A stretch of 64,000 nucleotides of DNA from Gnetum montanum (Eukaryota > Plantae > Gnetophyta): NCBI GenBank assembly GCA_015680685.1, contig MNCI01000986.1:572195-636194 (forward strand), in the 5' to 3' direction. The translations under genes were made by a program, and so were the position numbers. Below are positions 13,291 through 25,871 of the stretch, one piece after another (position 1 is the stretch's first letter; each line of letters opens with the position of its first letter). The notes under the pieces were generated by a model. The model was not told the origin of the DNA and made no database searches. It saw nothing but the letters and a program-made list of their open reading frames with translations.

Positions 13291-14149
13291 TGTTCCTTCT
13301 TGATGGATGCTACTAAGATGTTCAAGGAGGATTCATCAAGAAGAAAATGGATGATAGTTTAATGATGTACCTACAAAAGGGGAGAAATATAAAAGTGGGA
13401 TAAGGAAAGAATGTTAGATCATTACTGATACATTAATCATAAAGATAATGTTATGCCATTGAATGGAGACATGACTAAATCCTATATACAAGATGATCGA
13501 AAGAATAGAATAGAGTTGCTTAATCCTCATTGATATGTTGATGGGAGGAAGACAAATAGATAAGAGGAGGAATAAAGAACCATATGAGAGGACAGATGGA
13601 ATATAAAATTCCAAAATAAAAAAGCAATAAATCAAGGAAGAAAAATGAGGAACATTTTCTATACACCATTTTGAGATGTTATGCTGTAAAAGTGGGACAT
13701 GAGTAGATCCCACTACACTCTAATGATATTGATAGCTGATAAATTAATAAATTATCTCCCTACCTCACTCAAGCTTAACACACTCTTACATGGGGTAAAA
13801 ATATAGTAGAGCTCTTATAGCTTTTTGCATGAGTAGATTGCTTATAAATATTCTTACTGTAGTGTATTGATGAGAAGAAATATTAATAGAATGGAACATA
13901 TAGGACTTAGAGAAAATAGATGAAATTGAATATGAGAGATATATAGAAATAATAGCAAAACATAGAAGATAGAGAAAATGATGAAGAGTAAGATTTTAAG
14001 GTGAGGGGAGGGGAGGGGGGTGGGGTGGTGGTGTGTGTGTGTGTGGAGGAGGAGGAGAGAAGGGGGGCTATGCAAGGGCAAGAAAGGGAATTAAAGATAA
14101 TTTAATAAAGCATAGATAAGATGGAAAAGAGGGTTAGAAAAAACCTAGT

Positions 14150-16150
14150 GATAATTGATTTTCCTTTTTATTAAATATAGTATTTTTAAAGATATGCTCA
14201 GTTAACAAGATCTAGATACTGATTTCCATTTGAGTCCACTAAATTGTGTACTTCATTGCCAAGATTTTTTATGATGATAAAGTGACTTAGCCAATTTTGA
14301 GAGAACTTGGAAGTCTTAACATTTGGGAAATACCATAAGAAAAAATCATCTTCTTTGATTTCTCTCAATGAAACATGCTTATCATGAAGATGTCACATAG
14401 CTTATTGATAGTTTTGAATGTTGATAGCAGGTTGTTGATGATTGTCTTCAAGAGTGTCTAGCTTATTCTCTTTGTTTGTCATCCAATTATTCAAGTCTAC
14501 CTAGAGAGAAGACATGTATAGTTTTACTAGCAATATTGCTTCAAACCCATAAGTCAACAAGAATGGAATTTGACCAATTACATTGTGGAAATAGTTTACT
14601 AGACCCAAAGAGCGGTGGATATATTTGGAATTGATCAACCATGGTTTTAAGGAGAAAGATTAGGAATTTTTTGGTTGATTTAGCTTGGTCATTGGATTGG
14701 GAATAATATGGGGATGAGAATGACTAAATGATTTTGTACTAATAATAAAATTTAGCAACTTCTTAGCTTTTAAGCTAAGATTCATTATCGGTAACAATGT
14801 AGAGGAGAATGCCAAAGTAGGTGATTATGTGATCCAAGATGAAATGACAAATGTAATTAGATATGGCTAGTTTCAGGAGAAGAGCTTCAATCCAATGTGT
14901 AAAATATTCTATATTTATTCAAATAAACTAATAATTAATAGAAGATGACAGATTAATTAAACCTATGAAATCAAAATCCTATTTCTAGAAGGACCAAATA
15001 ATTTCTAAAGTTCTAAGCTCCTAAGATGATACATAGATAAGTAAACCATAACATTGACATCTATTACAAATTTAAACTTTCATATGTGTGTCCCTAGACA
15101 TTGTAGGCCATCAGTAACCTAGAGTGAAAATGCAAGCTACTAGAGACTATGATCCTAGGTGATCACCACATATGCCAAAATGTACCTATTCTAACACTAT
15201 CTGTGCTTCTTCATGCCTTAGGTAGTGTAGAAGGACACTTGATGTAGAGATGTGACAGAAAATGCCAAAATTAATGATACATAAATGCTTAGAGCATTGA
15301 TGAAGAATATATTTTTCCAATGAAGATATATGTTCAAAAGTTTCTTTGGTTTGTAGATATTATATGATATCTCGATATTGTTCATCTTCTAAGCTAACTA
15401 AGCTAATACATTGTGTTTCTATGAGAGTGATTGGGATATCTTATGTGGAGTGAGATAGAAGATCTTTAAGATAAACATAATTTGCAAGAAGATTACAAGT
15501 AGCTAAAACATCTGCAAACATATTTTTGAAGTAATGAATATACATTATAATGCATTCATCAAAATTTGAGATAAGTTTTATAGCTAAATTAAGATAAGGC
15601 TAAAGATGTTAAACTTTGCACATGTACTCATTTTTAACTTGACAAATTACTAGTTGGGAATTACCTTGACTTGAAAGCCTCTTGATTCCTAAATGGATGG
15701 CTAGGAGTAATCCTCGATTAAGGCCTTTGTTCATATTTAGTTACTTTATTTATACAAAGAAAAATAAGTTTATAAGTTTGATTAATGAGATTATTATCTT
15801 TATAATTAAGGATATAAGCTATGCTAGAACCTTGACCATGTGAGCACCATCAAAACACAAGTATGACTAAAAATCCTCATGCATTAAGGTTATAGCTGGA
15901 AGCAAGTTAGATTCACTTATATTTAATTCCTCTTGAGGAGATTGGATGGTTTTAGTAAATGACTCTAATGATGGGAATGATGTAAGAACTATGGCTTGAT
16001 CTTTGATTGAATGTTATGAGAGGTAGAATGGATCAAACTTAGTGAGAAGCATTTTCCATTTAGCAACATGGTTGTTGTCATACAAATTATAGGTGATTGA
16101 TCATAAAACATTGTCATGACATATAATATGAACCTTTTTCCCTACTAGGT
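14150..16150 (-). pseudogene. Tat/Ogre pol remnant: end of RNase H, archaeal-type RNase H and integrase
   Basis: VAKWKMLLTKFD...IKDQAIV; LCFDGAH; GIKRLSSQGNSQLVICQVKNEY (aRH); integrase motifs TEYFTHWIEAL-like, FGILLYIVTDN, SSPYYSQSN, TYGFEAIL. Confidence 0.8.
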
Positions 16151-17108
16151 TGATGTAGAGCTCCCATGGATTCAACAATCCAAGCTCTCTCAAAGACACA
16201 AACCAAAAAATTTGAACAAGAAAAGGAAAATGAAAGCTTTGTTCTTGCTCAAATGGAGAATTTACATATAAAATAAAGCATAAATTCCTAAGGAAAAATA
16301 AGGGATTCAATCAAACTCTTACACACTTAATCAAAGCAATCACACACACATAAGTATGATCATCAAGGCATTGTTCCAAGACTCTATCTCTCCTTCTATT
16401 CTTCTCTCAACTTCCCACACTCTCTATTTTTCTCTCTAGACTCTCTTGATCAAATTGAAGGCCCAAGAAGTCTATTTATATCTTTTTTTTCTCTTGTCTC
16501 TTCATCTTCCCTCCAATTTATCATTCAATTTAATGTCCATTAAAATCCATGTGAGATGTATATGAGAAACAATAGACATCTATCTTGAGTGCAAAGGATA
16601 TCAAAGTGGTTGAGACATCTCATATATAGTTGGAACGTCTCACTTGTAGTTGGGACGTCTCACCTACAAGGCCAAAATACAAAGATGCTTTTTTTGAGGC
16701 CTAGAACCTTCGCACACCTCCAAGCAAGTTCCCATAGCCACCGTAAGCTCATAAACTCATCAAAATAGTCCCAAAAACACTCCCAAACATGCCAAAACTC
16801 TAGGGAAAGATCCCATCAATGGAGAGATGTTACTTTAACCTATTTGATGCCCACATCAGCATTGTCCTCCTTTAAAAGACTCTTGATTCCCACACAAGAT
16901 GCCTGTACACTTGGGATAGTTGTTGCCCCCTCACATGTCCCACAATTTACACACAAACTAAATGACAACACACATGGAATGGTTAGAGCTCACAACATTT
17001 TGTCTCTACCATCCAAACTTGTTTCACAAACACATATAAACACATAATAGAATGTTTGCATGACACAAATAAACACACACACACAAGCATAATTTTTTGC
17101 TTACATCA
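16151..17108 (-). repeat. CRM-like (chromovirus) LTR, full length
   Basis: Terminal inverted repeat TGATGTA...TACATCA; TATAAATAG on the minus strand near 16470-16480; aligns with 23247-23487. The flanks (TAGGT / CAATG) are not a TSD. Confidence 0.75.
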
Positions 17109-17419
17109 CAATGGAGACATTCATGAAAGAAGAGTGGATATGGTCTTTGCCCTCAAAGGCTTCACCATGCTTCCATTTTGAGAGCACCAAATCCCATGTG
17201 ACCTACAACAAAAGGAAATTAAGGAAATTTAAAAGGATTAGGTCTCCTCATACTAATTTTCCTTCTTCCATCTTTTTCCCTCTTCACCTTCTTCTTCTTG
17301 GTATTTGGAAGACTACTTCTTAGCTTCCCTTCACCATCATCATTACAATGTAGATTGTCTTCATGCTGCTTATCCATTTCTATTGGCACATTTAGGCCAT
17401 TTAATGGAGTAGACTTCAT

Positions 17420-17880
17420 GACTAGAAGGGAATTTCATTTATCATATATTCTGTGTTGATTTAAGAGAGAGAGATGATCAACTTATAACGTCTAAACATT
17501 TTGCACTGAATATTTAAAACAACATATGGTGGAAAATTTAGAAACAAATATACAACTTAAGGTTATGGGCAAACAGTTTTGGAGATTTAGCTTTAAACTA
17601 GTTGCATGGTACTCTTTCTGCTTGGTTTGGAAGTCTTAAGAGATTAAATATTGTTACTATAGGAGGTAATTTGCTTTTTAAAAATGTTCCAAATTCTTGG
17701 CGAAGTGCCATTGATCTCACAGGAGTGGATATGTCTCAGAATAGTTTGAATGGAATGCTTCCTTCATGATGAGCCAAACTTAACAAAGTTAAACTTGGGA
17801 TATAATTCATTTATTAGTGGTGTTATGGGCTTCAGCCAACCAGTTCTTGTTTTGCAAGCTTTGTCCAATTGCTCTAAATT
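17420..17880 (+). pseudogene. Plant-specific LRR fragment (LRR-RLK/RLP ectodomain)
   Basis: LHGTLSAWFGSLKRLNIVTIGGNLLFKNVPNSWRSAIDLTGVDMSQNSLNGMLPS, frameshift, then PNLTKLNLGYNSFISG...LQALSNCSKL. Confidence 0.8.
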
Positions 17881-18394
17881 ACTGTTGGAAACTGTTGCAA
17901 TTTGTGAGTTTGAGGTGAGCAATATATCTATAAAATACATAATGAGGTTTGGTTTGGTGACTTTACCTCTGCTAGAGTACATGAAGTACTAGAAGAAATA
18001 GGAAGAACTAGTGATGAAATAGTTCATATACGAATAATTTTAATCGTTATCACAAGCCTCTTTGTTATGAAAAGTTGGCTGTTTCTTAGGAAGGAAGAAT
18101 GGTCAAGGGAGCAATATCTTACTTATGCAAATAGGCCCGTAAATAATAGCAAAATTTGTTGTATCCCAGTACACCAACAACAGTTTGAGGTTATTCAAAA
18201 TGGAAGATGTCAGCATGGGATTGTGGGTTGAACAGTTTAATGCCTCTGTATTTGTTCGGTACTCTCATAATCTGAAATCCCGTTAATATGGATGTATTAA
18301 TGACTACTATGCTGCACAATATCAGTCTCCAAGACAGATACAATGCTTATGGGAGAAATTATCAAAAGGAAATCCTGAACGCTGCTCTGCCTAA
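17878..18394 (+). pseudogene. Processed fragment of a GT31 galactosyltransferase (hydroxyproline O-galactosyltransferase GALT-like C-terminus)
   Basis: LLETVAICEFEVSNISIKYIM, YHKPLCYEKLAVS*/EEWSREQYLTYANRP, IAKFVVSQYTNNSLRLFKMEDVSMGLWVEQFN...YGCINDYYAAQYQSPRQIQCLWEKL. It has stops and frameshifts and no introns. Confidence 0.88.
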
Positions 18395-18710
18395 AATGGC
18401 ACCAATGCTTAAGTTATTCCAAGAGAAGCCGATAATTGACAGGGCTCACTCGCAGTTAATTTTTGTTCATTAGTTGTTTAAGCATTATCAAGGTTTTGGT
18501 GGGTACACCTTATTTTTCCTGTATCTTCGTATTTGTGTATCCGGATGACCTATGGTACTGGCCTGAGATGAATCAATGAGAGGCAATTGTGAATGTTTTC
18601 TGCAAAGTAAAGTGGTATCATGAGGAGCCCTGAAGACCTGCTGCATTTGCACGTTCTGGACAAACAGAGAAGAAGGAAACTTGGTTAAATCAATGAGCTG
18701 CATTGTAAAA

Positions 18711-19623
18711 TCACCAAAAAGCAAAAGCCGAATCAGAGATGAAGAACATAGAGATAAAAGCAGAAAGAACACCCAGAAAGGTAATGTCATCTGGAATGAG
18801 ACCTTCATCCACCAGCTGCTCAAACAGCAGCAAAGATTCATGTGCATACCCATGTTGAGCATACCCACAAATCATTATAGTAGTATCCCTGACTGTAGCT
18901 TTCCTAAACACCGTCACGGAATTCACTAAGCTCCTGGATTTAGCGTACATTGTGATGAGTGCACTGGTCAGGTGAACATCTCTTTCTAAACCCGTTTTTA
19001 AATTCAAGACCAACGCTGCAAACAATCTGCGAACTTCTTCGCCAACTTCCACCTGTTTCGAATCTCTGCACCAGAGGTTTCAGGAATGGGATCCCACAAT
19101 AAGGCAGCATAACGACAAAAAATTAATGGAGGGCAGCAAAAACTTGGCCTCGATGATGGCCGTGGAAGCCTGTTTTCTTGCAGAATGGCATCATCCGCAG
19201 TGCAGAAATCGTGCAAATCAAACGCAAAAATGCCGCCCTTGCGGTCACTGTTTCGCGGATTTCGTTAACACGTGGCATCAGGTTGATACTTTACCAGTGC
19301 TCGCGGTTTTAGCACCTCCATTGCTCCCTTTCTCACTGCTTCTGCAGAACTACCAAGCGAAAACGCTGCTTATGCCGATTTTAATCAATCCGCTTGAAGA
19401 TTTTTGCCATGGCTTCGTTCAGAAGTCCGTCTATACTCTATAGTATATTCTTAACTTCTCCTTCTTCTGCTGAAACTTGGTTGCGAATAAGCATCTGCAT
19501 CAAGCTGAGAGCTCCATTGCAACCCGATCGTGACCATAATCAAGATCCCGAGGGTGAATCAGCAGCCGATGACTTCCACCGCGTTGCCGGTCTCATGGAG
19601 ATACTATGGAAGGACATAGACAT
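18711..19623 (-). pseudogene. PLS-class pentatricopeptide repeat (PPR) gene, 5' part, disrupted and 3'-truncated
   Basis: CRDSKQVEVGEEV...KTGLERDVHLTSALITMYAKSRSL..VF....RDTTIMICGYAQHGYAHESLLLFEQLVDEGLIPDDITFLGVLSA (L-S-P motifs). The upstream N-terminal region contains stops. Confidence 0.8.
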
Positions 19624-19624
19624 G

Positions 19625-19800
19625 AACGGAATAAGGAGTCCCGAGGGGAAGCCCTCCATGGCAGGATCTGACGCTGGTGCTCGTAACACACGTTGGCAAG
19701 CAGGAAATGATCCACGGGTCTGCACTGCACACTTCCTTGGGCCTCGCTACCCAGGCCAGCCTACGTTATCTACAGACCACGTGGGTCATACAACATTTTT
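19625..19800 (-). promoter_or_regulatory. CpG-rich promoter-like region upstream of the PPR pseudogene, with a G-box
   Basis: CCACGTGG at ~19777-19784; CpG is retained here in a CpG-depleted background. Confidence 0.35.
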
Positions 19801-19925
19801 TTTTAAATTAACTTTGGGTTTTTGATATTGGTAACGTGGTTGTTATTATGCTACTCTACGTGCCCTTCGTTGTGTACCAAGTGAGTATTAGTTGATTTAA
19901 AAATTTGCATATGCTAAGGAATTAT

Positions 19926-20358
19926 ATTGGATAGTTATCCAATAGGACACTTTGGTCATTATAATAGTTGCAGCTTCCTAGAGAAGTTGGAACTTCCTAC
20001 GATATTTACAACTCTATGATATTTGTTACCAAGTATGACATTTCGCAATTATAGCATTAATTTTCAAGGAAGTTGTAACTTCCTATGGTAGTTATAACTA
20101 AACTACCTTAATGGTTGTAACTAACCTTAACCTCCCATGATGATTGTAACCACCTTGAAGCCACTATAAAAGCAACTTCAAGAGTCGATCAAATAGAATG
20201 GGGTGAAAGGATTAAGGAAAAAAATACTTAAAAGAATATTGAAGATTGTAAATCATAGCTTACTAAAGACATTAATTTAGCTACTTGTCTTAATCTTGTG
20301 AGTTCAATTTTTCCCATTTTATTTTAGTTATTGAGTTAATGGTCTCATGGTATCGTGC
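19926..20358 (+). mobile_element. Possible small LTR followed by a decayed tRNA-iMet PBS
   Basis: Palindromic start TATTGGATA-GT-TATCCAATA, GTTGTAACT-like repeats, CTATAAAAG at ~20164, and CA-TGGTATCGTGC at ~20345-20357. Confidence 0.3.
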
Positions 20359-21249
20359 TTGACATTTAATTTTGGGATTTTTCTAGGTTACCTTTATAGC
20401 TTTGTTTTTGTGCAATATTAGACTTCTATTAAGGTTTGCCAAATAAGAGCTTATGTTGTGTTAGAAAAACATCTTGAGCAATTTAATAATAATGTCTTAT
20501 AGAAATTGTATATTTGAGTTTAGAAAATCTAGAAAATCTTTGATACTTTGAGATGATTGAAATAGCTTCTTTATTTATAAATTTTATTGCCTTAATATTG
20601 CAATCTAGAAATTGTCAAATTTTTCTAAAAGTTTTATTGTTTGCAATTCTTGACCAATATTAACTAGCCAAATAGAAGCTTGTACTTTGTCATTTACAAA
20701 ACATTTTGGTAGTAAATAAAAATGTCTTTTATGAAATTGCTTGTTGAGCTCAGAGGGTTTGGACAATTCGAAATAGATTGAATTGGAATAGCTTTATTAT
20801 GAAGTATTTCCTCATGTCAATTTATCTTGCTTAAATGTTTGAGATTTTACACAATTTTTTTTTCTTTTTTCTTTCTAAAACCCATTGAATCTTGCTCTAT
20901 TTCTGGTTTTCTTATGAAATTTTCTCTCTAAGGGAAATTAGGAGTAAATTAGCAGAATTGTGCTCAAACATTTTTGTGAAATTTTATTTGTTACAAGTAA
21001 TGTACTATAGGGACTATATAGACTAAGTGATTTGACAAAATAGGAACCTTTAACAACCCATAGTATTCAACAAAGTTAGCTGGATTTCTTTTATGATAGC
21101 CAATTATAGTTTTATATACAACCCAACCATTTCAACATTCACGATAGCAAACACATACTCACGTTTAGTTTGTTTCATAACCACTAAGTCTATTTGGAGG
21201 TATTTGGGCCTTGGTGTTATCAGAGACCAACAAGCACCTAAACTCTATT

Positions 21250-22886
21250 TGAAGAACACCTTTGCATCCTATGACCTTGGTCACGAGACCAGAGGCCCAC
21301 AACATTGGTAGTCCTTGAAGGGTATTCTCCTTAAAGGCAAGAATTCTCTATACCAAGAATTCTTGCCTCATGAGTCCTTGAAGGGTATTCTCCTTGATCC
21401 TTACCACTCCTTTGACTCATGAGGCAAGAATTCTCCTTGATTAGTAGCATACACCACCTTGGACCTTGAAGATCTCTTGGTCCCTTTGATGAAGATCTTG
21501 GTTTCCTTCCTTAAAACCTTGGAATATTGAGCACTCCATTGCTCAATAAGAGATACTTGAGAACTCATTTTCTCATTGAACTCTACTTCATCATATCTTT
21601 CTTCTTTCTTATTTTCTTGATTAACATTTACATTTTTCATAAAAATTCAAGAATTATTTTATATTACATCTTCAATTATAAGAGGGCTACCTTCATTAGA
21701 GGATTCTTCCTTTTCTAAGATTTGGAGTTCCTTTCTCTTGTAAACGTTTGGCTTATTACACTCCCATTGTTTATGTTCCTTTTCATCACAATTGAAGTAT
21801 TAAAGGTTGGAGGCATAATCATTTTCTTGACCTTTTCCTTTCTTGGAATCTTGGCCCTCCTTGGACTTCTCTTGCTTCTCATTGATATCTCCTTGGCATT
21901 TCTATCCTCCTTGGCTCCTTTCTCACTTTCAAAGCCTTTGGAGTTCTTGCCTTAGAAGATTTAGGACATCTACTATAGCCTTGAAGTTTATTTTCAACAT
22001 TAAGAGCTAATTCAAAAGTCTCATCCAATGTTTGGGGCTCATAGAAGGTTAGCTCTTGTTGATACTCCCTTTTAAGTCCTTCTTGAAAGTTAGGTGCTTG
22101 TTCATAATCATCCTAATGAACTTTTGCAAGCTAGAAAGACTTACAAAAACCCATGTAGTAGTCCTTCACACTCTTATCACCTTGCCTTACATAGTTCAAT
22201 TTTTGGATGACCTCTTATCTATGATGAGTCTTCTAAAATTTTTTCTTAAGCATGAACTACATTAAAGGCCAATTCTTAATAGAAGTACCATTGTTCACCT
22301 TGTAAGAATAACTTTCCTTCTCCCGCCTTACAAGTGTTATGCCTTCCAATTTTCTTTCAAAAAAAGATACCTTTTGATGATTTTCAACATCTTCAAGTTC
22401 AAAGTACTTGTTAATCACTTTCAACCAAGAGAAAAAAGATTTAGTTCCTTCCATGCCATTGATAGATTTGACTTCAACATGAGACATCCTTGAAGCATGT
22501 CTAAAAGCTTTTGCAAGAGTGACTTCAATTCCTTCACCTTGCTTCCTTTGAGGCTTAGAAGAAAGTTCCTTTTTCCCTTTCCTAGGAAAAATAAAGCCTT
22601 AAGACTTGTTTTTAGCACTAGGAGCATGAAGAAAAACATCATCTTGAGCTTCTCCTTCTCCAAAGTAGCCATCTTCAAAAGGAATATCATCTTTAAGGGA
22701 TGACATTGAGGAATGTCTTGGTGAAGAATTGCATGACTTGTACCCTTGCTTGGATGCTTTTGGTGAAGTAGCATGTCTTTTGTTCTTTCCAAGCTTTTCA
22801 ATTTTCTCAACAATAAGCTTGAGAGAATTTCTCATGTCATCCATGTTTCTTGACAAAGCTTGAACTATCTTCTTCTTTGGAGGCAT
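21250..22886 (-). pseudogene. CRM-like Ty3/gypsy gag, degenerate
   Basis: MPPKKK start; VEVKSINGMEGTKSFFSWLKVINKYFELEDVENHQKVSFFERKLEG (CRM-type gag core); decayed zinc knuckle WSRDQGHRMQRC near 21260-21295. Confidence 0.7.
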
Positions 22887-23228
22887 GATGGAAATTGATC
22901 TAAAAGAAAATTTTCACAAAATTCTACAAGGAAACGTAAAATTTTCAAGATTTCTCAAGGAATGAGGTAAGGAATTCTTAGATCTTAAGAGAAATAAGCA
23001 TAATATCGTCAAACACTGGATATGATAAGCCAATGGGTGTCCAATTCCACAATTATCTTCCAATGCTTGAAGATATGATAAACTTAGGGATCAAAAGGAA
23101 ATTTTAAAATCCTAGGATGAGTAGAACAAGTAGTAAGATAGAATTCATCCATGCTTGAGTATTTGGAGTGATTTTTTGCAATTGAGATGAAAATTATCCA
23201 CTTGAATGCAATTGTCTTCAATTCCAAG

Positions 23229-23487
23229 CTACTCTAATACAAATCTAATGAGGAGCTCCCATGGATTCCACAATCCAAGCTCCCTCAAAGTCATAAAACA
23301 TCAAATTTAAACAAGAAAAAGAAAAATGAAAGCTTTATTCTTGCTCAAATGGAGAATTTACATATGAAAGGAAGCATAAATTCTCAAGGATAGACAAGAG
23401 ACTCAATCAAACTCTCACACAATTCATCAAAGCAATTACACATACAAGGATAATCATCAAGGCACCTTGTCAAGACTTTATCTCTCA
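23229..23487 (-). repeat. Decayed tRNA-iMet PBS and truncated 5' LTR (U5 end) of the CRM-like element
   Basis: ACTCTAATACAA resembles GCTCTGATACCA. 23247-23487 aligns with 16151-16390. Confidence 0.7.
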
Positions 23488-23499
23488 TTCCACTAAAAA

Positions 23500-25871
23500 T
23501 AAAACTAGTTAACAAAACATAAAAATAAATGATTAAATGAAAGTAATGTTTAAAACTTTAAGACATTCCACTAAAAACATAAATGGAGGAAAGGAAATAA
23601 TATAATTCAAAATAGCATAAAGTAAAATAAAAGGAGCAACATAACTAAATATGATAAAAGCTAGAATAATGAAATATAAATAAGAAAATGATAAGGTAAA
23701 GCTGATATGATTCTCAAGAAAGGAACATCTTAGTGATGGTTTCCTAGGCTTGAGAAGGGGTAGGAATTTTAACACTCTTAACAAGCTCCACAGTGTCAAG
23801 TTTGTGGAAGCCTAGATCCACAAATTTCTATGAACCTGATAACCATGGAATGACAATGATAGTCTCATCAATCTTTTGTGGTGAGGACATCTAGCCTATT
23901 ATAACAGGTTGGGAGGCTAGAGTAGTTTTCTCTAATAAATTAAGGCAAAAAATAGCAGAAACTTCAATATTAGTATGAATTACTACTTCTCTATCCTTAC
24001 ATGAAAAGTGAATTTCCTAATGCACAAGTGAAGAAACAACATGATGGTAAGTTAACCAAGGTCTTCTTAAGATAGCATTTGTTCCTGATAACTTTCTAAT
24101 GACCGCAAATATAACTTCTAAAATGATGCAAGTTCCAACCAAGAAGGACAACTTAATCACACTTATAATCTCTACTTTATCTTTACTAAATGAAATTAGA
24201 ATAGAATTATAGTTGGAGTACATGACTTATTTTTCAAGATTAAGAATCTTGATGATGGTCCATGAAACAACATTGGATTTCATTCCATTATCCATGTGCA
24301 TTAATGATAGTGCCACATTGTTTCCAATTCATATGATAATGTATATCAGAAGTTGGCATCTTGACATTTTCTCCTTTGATCACCAAGCAATCTACTTCAT
24401 ATTATCCTACATTGAGTACTAATGATATAGCATGTGCATAAGGTTGAATGTTTGCATGTACATTAACATATTTAAGGAGCTCTTCCAATGCCAACTAATG
24501 CTCCTTAAATGTTGAAATGAGATTAAAAAGAAAAATATAGATTCCCTTAGACTTCATGGTTGCAATGATTTAGGACAAAGCTTGATTTTCTTATGTTAAA
24601 TATTGAGGAGGAGCGGTCACTAGAGTAATAGTTGTCAATGAAGTAATCAAAATTATTGTTGAAGTAGCTATTGGAGTAAGCATGGATGTATTTTGAGACT
24701 CTTAGAATGTCACCTTCCTTTTCAACAACTTGAAAAATTAGGTGTTAGTTTGATCTCTCTTTTTTCCTTTGTTAAACAATGTTTCCTTTTGTGCTTGGGT
24801 GAGTATATGAATTAGAGATGTGGGAGTGAGAAGTAACAATGGTTTCTATGAGCTAGATGGGGATACAAGAGATGATGAGAAAGGTACTACATAAGGAAAG
24901 ATAGGAAAAATATCAATGCACAAGATAAAGTAGGCAATGGTAATATGCTTCTCAGTTGTAATGGAGGATTGGCTTTCATGGGATTTTAAGAGGTTGGAGA
25001 AGCATCATAATGAGAGAAAATTTTTGTAGGTAGATTGATGACAAAAGGATTTTTGGGTTTTGGGGAATTAGCTTGCAAACACACTAAGGACTGGTTTGAA
25101 AGCAACCAATTTGGATAAATAATGAAATTTTGGGATGATTTCCTTCGGGTTCAAGGTGGAATGCAAATATTCTTATCAAATGAATATTCAAAAAATCTTG
25201 AAATATTTGCTCTTGGTTGTTAGGCTACACTAGTCATGAGGCAGGAAGGCATAATTTTCTATCTTTTTGTAAGCTTGGATGCATAAAGTTATTCGTGTGT
25301 ACTCAAACCTATACTTTGGACTTGTTTCAATGAGTGGTGCTACATTACATGATGTGTTGCCTCACATGATATGCTACCTAATGTGATACACTACCTCACC
25401 AAGTATGTTGTCTCATCACTTCTGTTACATACCTAAAAACTATAAATACCTAGCAGAAAGCTCAATATTATCTTTAATTTCCAATTTTCTTTTAATGTAA
25501 TAATTTTTTTCCTTCCTTGGGTAAGTGTGAAATTTATTTATTTCTTGTTGGTGTTTCTAAGTCATTCCTTCACTATGTAGTGAGACTCTATTAGAGTGTT
25601 ATCATGCTTTCATAGCTCAAAACCATTTGGTTGATGTGGAGTTAAGTGTTTGCATGATGAATAAAGATCATTTTGATTTCCTTAAATTTTTTGATTTTAT
25701 TTTATTAAATTCTAATGAGGACATCTTATTAATAAATTTACTTATCAAATTTAGAAATTATAATTAATTTAATTCCTTTAAATATATTAGCATAGTTGTG
25801 TCTTTGCAATGATTTTGCTATGTCCCAAGAGGTCATACCTATAGGAAATTGTGTTGAATCATTAAGGATGT
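23500..25871 (-). pseudogene. Tat/Ogre-like gag-pol continuation with the aspartic protease
   Basis: VIFAVIRKLSGTNAILRRPWLTYHHVVSSLVH (24017-24120) matches the LGRPW..SSLHQ motif of Tat proteases. Confidence 0.6.

Noticed and set aside
16151-17108. Simple solo LTR
   Set aside because: The flanking 5-mers (TAGGT / CAATG) do not match, so it is not a clean solo LTR.
19126-19825. Plus-strand ORFs of 105 and 143 aa
   Set aside because: They are antisense to the GC-rich PPR pseudogene and its promoter and show no recognisable domain.
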